Assembly: GCA_040954595.2 (NCBI GenBank)
Contig: CM082583.2
Location: forward strand, 2,985,060-3,049,059
Source: Balanoglossus misakiensis
Taxonomy: Eukaryota; Animalia; Hemichordata
Direction of reading: 5' to 3'
Length of the DNA stretch: 64,000 nucleotides
Shown here piece after piece: positions 55,801-64,000 of this stretch. The position numbers and the translations under genes were made by a program. How positions within the stretch are numbered: position 1 is the stretch's first letter; every line of letters begins with the position of its first letter. A model generated the notes under the pieces. It was not told the DNA's origin and made no database searches. It worked only from the letters and a program-made list of their open reading frames with translations.

Positions 55801-58571
55801 ACATATGATCCACATTTAAAAAAAAATCACATTATATTTTCCCAACATTACTCTAGTTTCAAACTAAATAGGTCTGCCCTGAGATCTCATTATTTTTAAT
55901 GGAATGATTCAGAGGCCTATGTCACAGATGTTTAATTCTCATCAATTTACAGACATATGGCCACACAGATTTTGGGAGCATAAAATAACAATATTTGAAT
56001 GTTTTAACCAATTGTTTAATTTTTTCTTAAAAGAGTCAGAGTGTATTCTGATTAAGCTACAAGTAGTATTTTGGCAAATATTATCCAAGACTGCCAACAT
56101 CTGCTTGTGCCATTTTGGCTGTTGTTTGGTGCACTGAACTCTGCTGTAACATTTCTGAAACAATGAATACACACAGAACTCATCTACCGGTATGATAGTG
56201 CCTGCATTATTTGCTAACTTAGACACAGATGGCGTGAGCAACTGTTGACAGTCTAAATGCCAGCTCCCTGCCTCAGTGGTTAGACACAACGAGGCAGATG
56301 CAACCTTTACAAATAAGTGAAATATGATGAACCCACAGGGAGCTCTTTCTCTTCAATTCAATGGTTTAGGATTAGGATTAGGATTGAGGTTGGAGGAAGG
56401 GTAAGGGATCCATTATTACAGTCACCCAACCCATCTATCATCCCCAAATCACTCCAACCTTCTTTTACCCATCTGCCCACACATCAATCTATCACTCCAC
56501 CTTCCAATCCAGTCTGGGCGGGTGACGTCACTTCCGCTAAGTTTGAACACTCAAAGAGCATCTGTGAATAGGAGCCAGCAGAAATTCCCTCATAGAGTAA
56601 CAGAGAGATGCAAGTAAATGCATAGATACATACTGACCCACATATTGATATACTTCAAAGGTGATATTTGGGTTGCACAGTAATTGATTTCCATGCAAAC
56701 CCAATTCTGCAGGAGTGCAGTGTTCTCCCCAGGATATTGGGAAGACCTGAGGGCCAATTTGCCTAACAATATAATCAATTGTTATGTTAATTAAATTATA
56801 TTGTCTTCTCAAAATTAAAGAGTGGTGGCCACCTTGTTTTAATTGCTCTGGGGAGAACACTGCAGTGTGTGTGTGTGTGACTGTGAGTATACATGTACAT
56901 CATTAAAAAACAGGTCAATAAATCTGATGAAGAAAATCTAGAAACCTGCAAACTGGAGGAAATATATTGTGGACCTCCATAATGCGGTATTTCCCTGGTC
57001 TATTACTTTTTAGTATCTTTCATATAATATTCTGTATATTGGTAATAGATTCTAGTTCATACATTTAAAAAAATACTAATTATACCAGCATTAGTCCGCC
57101 ATGATATTAAAAATAGCACTTAAGTAATGGTTTAACTTGTTGCTGGAGAGTGAATAACACATTAATTCAAGAGCACGTTGAATTTAAAGTATTCATACAT
57201 ACATACATACTAATCCTTTCTCAAAAATGAGCTCCACCACTGAAAAAGAAGTAAATTTTAAATAATCAAAAATATGCAAATGAGGTAAAAATCGTTTTGG
57301 GTCAAAAATCTTCTCTAAAAATGCTCATCCAAACAAAAATTGGCATGCAGATTCATTTCGCTGACACAAGTGAAGTTTGTTCAAAATGTGGTGAAATTTG
57401 TATATTTCAGAAATTTTTTCCTGATTTTGGTCAAAAATTGTCTTTTCTAAAAAAGCTGAATGTCTGATTACATTGAAATTTGGTATGCAGGTTACTAGGA
57501 GGTGGCCTAAGTAACTGATGTTAGAATTTTGCTGAAATTTTCCTATTTGTATTTTTCGGTCAATCTTTGCTGTTTTGGGGGGTCAAAAAATTGTCTTCTC
57601 TATAAAACCACTTGCATAGTTTCTGTAAAGTTTCATGTGAAGGTATATTAGGCAATTTATGGGCTCTTTTAAAATTAAACATTTCACATTTATGTTTTGG
57701 GGAATTTTTGCCATTTTTGGTCAGTTTGCAGATTCCTAGGAATATTATCATGATTTGAAGAACTTATTGTGAAAGTGCCGATATTGTATTTTTGAGGCAA
57801 ATATTTCCCATAAAAAAATTCAGTGATACTATAAACATGTCAAGATTCTGTTGTAACTTGTTTCATTATAAAACAATGACTGACCCATTCTTCATCACTC
57901 GGGTTGAATATTACAAAAAGACTTTTCTAGTCTACTTTAGGTTTACTTGATTAATCTTTGTACAATTGTAACATACGAATTTAAATCCAAAGATTTCTGT
58001 TTTGATTTTATGGGATTTCATACTGTAGTTCATATCAATCAGGGAAATGTCTACATCAGGAGAAAATTAATAGTTTTAAAGTAAAATAACATTCTTGTTA
58101 ATATTACAAAATATAGGCAGGATCTTTTTCTAAAAAAATAAAAAAAACGTATTTATCCAACCAATATGCTGGGCTGATTACATGGAAATTGGGGGAAATC
58201 GATCCATTTCTAAAAGTGTTGGGTTACATTTTCCGGGAAGGTGGATGGACAGCAGATGGAGTTTTTCGCTAATTGTGTACAATCCAAATAAATGTTTGCC
58301 GATTAATCGACCACATACCTGTATTTGTAGTTTCATTTTCGGCACTTCTCTTGTCAATCAGTTGTTCTTCCGGATCTTGACTGAAGCGTATAGCCACAAG
58401 CATATCTTTGGCAAATGTTGATAAACTGCCAACAGCAAGCGACATCAGTAGAACCATATAGACGTACCACAGCGACCGTAGTCTGTTTTTCCTACCTCTT
58501 TGCACAAACGTTAACTTGTGCACTGATTGTACATCGTCGCCAAAACGAACTGACTGTCTCTGTAAAGGCAT
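43863..58571 (-). CDS. SLC24A: Sodium/potassium/calcium exchanger (NCKX3/4/5-like); 9 coding exons, 637 aa
   Basis: Exons 58571-58319, 53496-53182, 50562-50479, 49477-49374, 48685-48585, 46196-45811, 45585-45343, 44535-44434, 44188-43863 (1914 nt in frame). Alpha-1 repeat [18 protein letters not shown] and [10 protein letters not shown]; WWPLLRD; alpha-2 repeat LAAGTSVPD and [15 protein letters not shown]; C-terminus [13 protein letters not shown]. Intron 7 has a GC donor. Confidence 0.93.
44888..45062. repeat. Interspersed repeat, inverted partner of 48727-48904
   Basis: AAAACATTAAAAGAAAACAGCAAGACAAGAGGAGTTGTCT...GCATTTTCGTCTCCATAT is the reverse complement of the sequence at 48773-48876. 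Confidence 0.9.
47408..47807. mobile_element. Tc1/mariner-type MITE with TA TSD and CTG...CAG ends
   Basis: TA|CTGTAAAACATGTTATTTT ... AAAATAACATGTTTTACAG|TA. Confidence 0.85.
48727..48904. repeat. Interspersed repeat, inverted partner of 44888-45062
   Basis: See the partner feature. Confidence 0.9.
52914..53101. mobile_element. Internally deleted copy of the TTAA MITE
   Basis: TTAA|AGGGACAAAGTCTCTCTCTCGCTGCCC, then the right-arm sequence of the 24718-25071 family. Confidence 0.85.
54355..54540. mobile_element. Right half of the TTAA MITE
   Basis: GGATGGAAGTTGTGTGTGGTCGAA...GAGACTTTGTCCCT|TTAA. Confidence 0.85.
56718..56862. mobile_element. hAT-like MITE (CAGTG ends)
   Basis: 15-bp TIR CAGTGTTCTCCCCAG/CTGGGGAGAACACTG; no clean 8-bp TSD visible. 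Confidence 0.6.
57225..57800. repeat. Degenerate HINE/pearl-like core repeats (similar block at ~63170-63320)
   Basis: Recurring AAATTTGGTATGCAG, TCTTCTCT..AAACCACT and GTTTGTTCAAA motifs; boundaries approximate. Confidence 0.45.
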
Positions 58572-59196
58572 AGTTGTATTGTAACTTGTAAGTCGGTACG
58601 ACCCAGTCGAAGAAATTATGTTAAAATATTGGCATTCAGGAATCGAATATAAATAAGAGGAACAGCCACGATCGACCCACTTGCCACGTCTCTACCATCA
58701 CCAGTCGTGTCCGCACACAAACATCAGGAGTCTAGTCCCTTTGCCATCCCGTGTGTCCACACTGTGCCCGGTACCCGCTGATTTACATACATGTATATAT
58801 ACGTACATACAACTCATTGCATGCATATTGCAATATTGTAAATTACTAGTAATGTATTTTAAGTGTGGCGCCCTCGTGAGGTAACATTTCCTCCTAACCT
58901 CTTTCACGGAGGAAATATATTGCGGACCTCGATAATTAGGTATTTTCCTAGTCTATTAATTGTGAGTATTTTTTCATATAGTATGTGATGTTTATGTGGT
59001 AAATTTATTTTTTTAAACATTTATGTGGTGTAATCAATACGATAGAAATGTGTGAACGACTCTTGAGTTGATACGAGGCAATCAAGGACATGCGCATTGA
59101 CTTTAAGTCGGCCATTTTGGAAAATAAAAGTTTGCACAGGAAAACAGAGACATTATCTGAGATGAATATTTCGTATTTGTTGGCGAAAATGTGAAA
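58572..59196. promoter_or_regulatory. Candidate bidirectional promoter between SLC24A and UBE2Q
   Basis: Divergent start codons 626 bp apart; YY1-like CCAAAATGGCCGAC (minus strand) at ~59107-59120. Confidence 0.6.
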
Positions 59197-61001
59197 ATGG
59201 CATGCTTTTACTCGCTCAAGCAAGAATTGAAGCTACTCGAAGCTGCATTCAATGATGATGATAGCCGCTTCCGTGTAGTGACTGCTTCCGTTGACGAATT
59301 AATTTTCAGGTTCATCGGTTCAAATGGCGAAGAATTTCTCATTCATTGCAATATTACAGTAAGTCTTGTTTTCGAATTAACAGTTTTAATTTGGAAATCA
59401 AATTATTTCCTGAGTCTTGTTGTATCAAAGATTCATCTCGCTTCAAACAGTAAGATACAGTCTAAGATAACATCTTCAAATAAAACAACCTCGTGATGAT
59501 GCCTGTTGCCCATACGTGAAAACGATCGCTTTGTTCTGCAGCTGTTTGGCTTCGCGAAAATTACAGATACAGTAAATTCACGGCACATGTTATCTATGTG
59601 ATCCAGTTAAAGCTTTAATAATATATCCACGAACCCTGATTTACTTATATAACTCAAACGTACATTCAATATCGTTCTCACTGTGATTCTCACGTTTGCT
59701 AAAGAAGACGTTGTCATTACTCTAACCTTCGTCATTCAAAATGTCACTTCCGTTTTACATAGGAAGTCATCGTACCACAGACTGTACATGTACATGTAAT
59801 GAGTTGTTACTCATTTGCGCACGTGGGGCACACTGATGTGACATAAGTCAGTTCATATATACACGTATGTTCCAAAATTACCACGATTATCTGGTGCTGA
59901 AACTGAGAAAGTCGTATACTACATGTACTCTGTATTTTTCTATGGCTGAAACAGCTTGTATGTCAGTGATGGAACTAAGTATTCTTTTCTGTAGTAACAC
60001 AACTGTAGGCAAATCAGTCCTGCATTTTGTTATGACTAACCCTTCAGACAACGATGGCATGTAATGATGTTAGGAAATTAAACATTTAGTGTTAAATGTG
60101 ATGTAAGGTACTTTTACAGCAGCTAAGTTGCAGTTCTGGAATATAAGAAAACTTACTGTAGCTCAACAACGAACTTGCCAATTAATTAACACAGTCCAAC
60201 CCCACTAAAATCAGACCTATAACGAACTCAGTCCCTTGGTTGGTTTCCATTGATAACTTAAGCTGTGTGATTATTAATTAAATAATCGTGCAACATATCT
60301 GTCTGTTAGAATTTGCTGAATTTACATGTGTGATCCTGTGTACATGTTGCTGTAGAGATGATCAACTACAGCTAACTGTTTGATTACAGTGTCATGATTT
60401 TAAACAAACTGCTACATAAGTTGGTTACAATTGATGATTGCAGTGACTAGTAAAAATCCGCAAAATGAGAAGGTACAAATGTACATGTAACAGGTCGTTT
60501 CGGCCACCAATTTTCACGACCCAAGTCATTTCGGCACTTATCGGTGCAGCCCCCTAGCCCAACTAAACTTGGATCTTGGTCCCCCGGGTACATACATGTA
60601 CCCGTATTAAGGGTATGGAAAATACGATAAAGGCAGTGAAACATGAGCATGGTACAGTAGAGGTAGCGAGTGGGACATGGGACGACGGTACGGTAGAGAC
60701 GGCGATGTCACTCAGTGGGACTGACATAACATTAGCTGCTGTTCAGTAGCTCCAGGTTTTTCCTGGAGATTTTTGTGATGGAAAAATGAGGCACACCATG
60801 TGAATTTGATTTGACAAGTCATACTTCAGGAAATGGACCATGTGGTTACAAGAGAGACTATCAATATAATCAGCCTATCAACAAGCTGACATGTACATAT
60901 AGTGTGCAGTACTGTGTATATCATTTGATAGATGTCATAGTCATACTAAAATTAAAGGCTAGCTTAAATATTTATGGATACCATTTTTGTGATGGTGATG
61001 G

Positions 61002-61055
<54 letters not shown>

Positions 61056-63678
61056 GATCTATTGCAGGAATCTTATCCCTCCTCAGCACCTATGTGGTTT
61101 TCAGAATCAGAAGACCCGGTTGTTTCAACTAGTATAGAACAATTAACAGATATCGGTGGTTCTAGTAAATTGGTAAGAAGTGTACACCTGAGTGGTGGAT
61201 TTTCTTTTCCTGATTGAATATCAAGTGGGCCATCCCAAGCAGAAAGGGTCTTATGATCATACATAAGTATCATCATATGCTCCCATAAGACCCCTTTCTG
61301 CTTGGGATGGTCCAAGTGTTCTGTTATAACTTGTCATACAGTAGCCTAGGGTATGTGTACATGTACGTGTGCCAGTTGTTGAGAAACCTTTGTGTGCTGT
61401 CCCAATACAAAATCAAATGCGCCTTTTTCAGAAAGAGGGCACCCTTCCAAAACATGGCATCATCTCCAAGCAGATGATGCGAAAACTAGGCCAGTAGGCC
61501 ACAGAGTACTGCTCGAGCATGTTTGTTGTATTTACCCAAGGTATCATACAAGTTGCGTGTAAATCTTACCTTGCAATAAAATGTGGCTGTCAAACGTCAA
61601 TACCAAAGACTAAGTTTTTACTCTGACCTACTCAACTGGCCTTGTTTTCGCATCGTCTTGGAAGGGTGCCCTCTTTATGCAAAAGGTGTATCGGTCAGTA
61701 GTACATGCAAGTGCTTTTGACAGACAACAGATAATGTAATTATTGAGCTGTGTACCCTTGAACATGTAAGTAAGATGGCCAGCCCACTTTGGCACATCCA
61801 CTGACGCAAGGACTTTTAATTAAAGCGCCTAGCTCGTCTCACACGCATGTTCCAACTGTAGCCGCTGGTTACAGACGTTTAGTGAACAGTCAATCCCATA
61901 AGGCAGTGCTCACACAAGATGGTGGCGATCATAATCTGTGTCGGAGATTGGGAAAAGACACTAGCTTGGGTGAAAAGGAGGGACAAAACCAGAATCTACT
62001 TATACGGTGCGCATGAAATAGAAATGAAGCAAAGGCAGTCCACTATTTGAAAGCATCGAACGGAAAATTTACTAAGAAGTTACGCGCATGCGCGTGAGAC
62101 GAGCTACATGTACGCGCTTTAAATGGAAAGAAAGTCACACAAAGAAATATTACACTAATTCTCGCAGAGCCCAGAATCTTGTATGTTCAAAGGTTACACG
62201 TATGTAAAGAATAATATGTGTGAATAAAAACTGGCGATGATAGATGCTTCATACAACAAGCAGCACATTGACTGTGTATATATACATGTACATGTGGCCA
62301 TGCTAGTTTCAACTGGTGCCAAAACTACTTGCAAAATGTACATGTATGCCAGACCGAGGCTATAACTGCCAACTTGCTAGGAAGGAGACATGTCATGGCT
62401 GGTGTGATTCAAAATGTGTGCAAACTGTTTACCTGACCAAACATGCATGCGATGCGTCTGTGTGGGACTGAGACTGTGATCCAAGCAACCTCTGAATTTC
62501 TAGTTGTTATCAGATCTTCATTTGCATAAAACTGTGTGCAAGGAACATGGGTAAACTGCACACATTGTAAATTCATGAGCAGAAAATGTACTTTGTGTTC
62601 TTTGTGTTAATGCCATCTTAGCTGTGTGAACCCAGTATCCACTGAAATCCATGCCTGTCAGAGACAGTATGAAATTAAGTGGAGACTTACTGGGAGCACA
62701 CTGTTGAGATGATAGCATGTGAAATGTGGCTTGATCAAGGAAACACATTTCCCATGGATGATGCATTGATGACCAACTCTGCCAAGCCTCCTGACTGCTC
62801 AGCATCTAAGGCGTCATCCTCATCACAAGATAAACAATAAGCACATTAGGAGCTGCCAGCCATGGCTTGTTGTAAAAGTTCAATGTATGCACCATTTTCA
62901 GCCACAATGCCCTACCAAGATATTAATCAACACCATTTGCAAGCACTACATGTAGTCATATGGATATCATGCACTGGAAATATTTAACCAAAACTAAAAT
63001 CTTTTGTTTCTCTTGTCAGCTTCTTAAAATGACCAAACATTTAGTTACGAACCTATGCAACTTCCACAATGTGCCTGTGCCAGCTGGTCTTAGCAAACTA
63101 GATGAAGCTCTTCCTCAAAGGGTAAGATTACTTGTACATTGTACATTGTACCTGTATGTATTTTTAGGGCAGTTTTGCTGTTTTGGGTCAAAAATGTTCT
63201 CTGAAACCACTGACCAGATTACATAGAAATTTGGTGCACAATTTCTTTGGCTTTACTAAGGTAAAGTTTGTTCAAATTGTGGTGAAATGTATATACAGGT
63301 ATTTGTATTTTGGGAGCCCTTTACCATCAAAATACATGCAGGTACTATTCTGACTGCTACCCCTCCAAAACCATCATTGGAATTTAATTTGTATAATCAT
63401 TCAAATGAATGTACTCAAAATTGGGACAAAATCTGTAATGTATTTTGGGCATTAAACAAAAATTGTCCATAAAGTCAAAATCAGTTTGCTGATATTAATG
63501 TGATATTATTTCAACGTGGAATTTGATAGAAAAACTTGATCTGATATTTGTATCTGTGTACATAGAGTGCAAGTGAAGATATTGATATGGAGGTGGATGA
63601 CGATGATGAAGAGGAAGAGGAGGAACAACAAGACATGGAAGATTGTTTGGATCATTATGAAATGGAAGAAGAACCAAG
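59197..63678 (+). CDS. UBE2Q: Ubiquitin-conjugating enzyme E2 Q family, N-terminal part (RWD-like domain and acidic linker); continues beyond the window
   Basis: Exons 59197-59358, 61068-61172, 63020-63121, 63566-63678 (GT-AG, in phase): MACFYSLKQELKLLEAAF...RFRVVTASVDELIFRF...IHCNIT|ESYPSSAPMWFSESEDP...|LLKMTKHLVTNLCNFHNVPVP...|acidic tract ending DHYEMEEEP. Confidence 0.9.
60991..61053. repeat. (GAT)n microsatellite next to the UBE2Q exon 2 acceptor
   Basis: Direct reading. Confidence 0.95.
61228..61312. mobile_element. 85-bp hairpin MITE with 6-bp TSD
   Basis: GGCCATCCCAAGCAGAAAGGGTCTTATG...CATAAGACCCCTTTCTGCTTGGGATGGTC, flanked by CAAGTG at 61222-61227 and 61313-61318. Confidence 0.75.
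61419..61691. mobile_element. MITE with long imperfect TIRs
   Basis: AAAGAGGGCACCCTTCCAA...GATGCGAAAACTAGGCCAGT is inverted to ACTGGCCTTGTTTTCGCATC...TTGGAAGGGTGCCCTCTTT. Confidence 0.75.
61824..62118. mobile_element. TTAA-flanked MITE (Kolobok-like)
   Basis: TTAA|AGCGCCTAGCTCGTCTCACACGCATG ... CATGCGCGTGAGACGAGCTA[CATGTA]CGCGCT|TTAA. Confidence 0.8.
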
Positions 63679-64000
63679 GTAAACTGTAGCCATGGATTGT
63701 GCTGGATTTCAAGACCACTGGCCACACTTTGGGCTGTGGAGCATTCACCCCCCTAATTACGCATTCGATTGATATCAAGCAATCTGTGTGTCTCTACCGG
63801 TCTGTTAGCACGATTTCTCAAAAACAGCTGATCAGAGAATGGCGCATTCAAAGACTTCTGGAGAACGTTGTTTGCTTGTATCAGTGGTTAAATGAAATGG
63901 GTCCCATAATGAGCATTTAAACACCCCAGAAATACTCGCACACTACAAATATGGAGAGAATCACAATTAAAGTGACTGACCAAAATGTCTATATTCATAT

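Noticed and set aside
55900-56290. Possible LINE remnant (FKKKLNNWL-like peptide)
   Set aside because: Too degenerate to assign without a database search.
56364-56395. Telomere-like TTAGGA repeats
   Set aside because: Only ~3 imperfect units; not a true interstitial telomeric array.

Overview
Eukaryotic (animal, probably a marine invertebrate; taxon is an inference) intron-rich genomic DNA. Five host genes were reconstructed exon by exon with consistent splice phases: two convergent, paralogous alkaline phosphatases (14678-20861 +, 22681-29429 -), both lacking a GPI-anchor tail; a furin-activated, GPI-type matrix metalloproteinase (32865-39034 -) with a vertebrate-like TATA/AP-1 promoter; a K+-dependent Na+/Ca2+ exchanger of the SLC24/NCKX family (43863-58571 -); and, head-to-head with it, the 5' part of UBE2Q (59197->63678 +). 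The first ~10 kb looks like the 5' part of a large Helentron/Helitron2-type element. Its terminal hairpin module occurs four times at ~1.42 kb spacing and lies upstream of a spliced minus-strand ORF, missed by the ORF track, that carries a 15-aa tandem repeat and runs off the window. Introns and intergenic DNA hold two independent solo LTRs, MITEs (TA-, TTAA-, 6-bp- and 10-bp-TSD types) and a LINE remnant. There is also a marked excess of TA-NNNN-TA palindromes (TACATGTA etc.); in three places these are 6-bp insertions relative to a sister repeat, which fits DNA-transposon excision scars.
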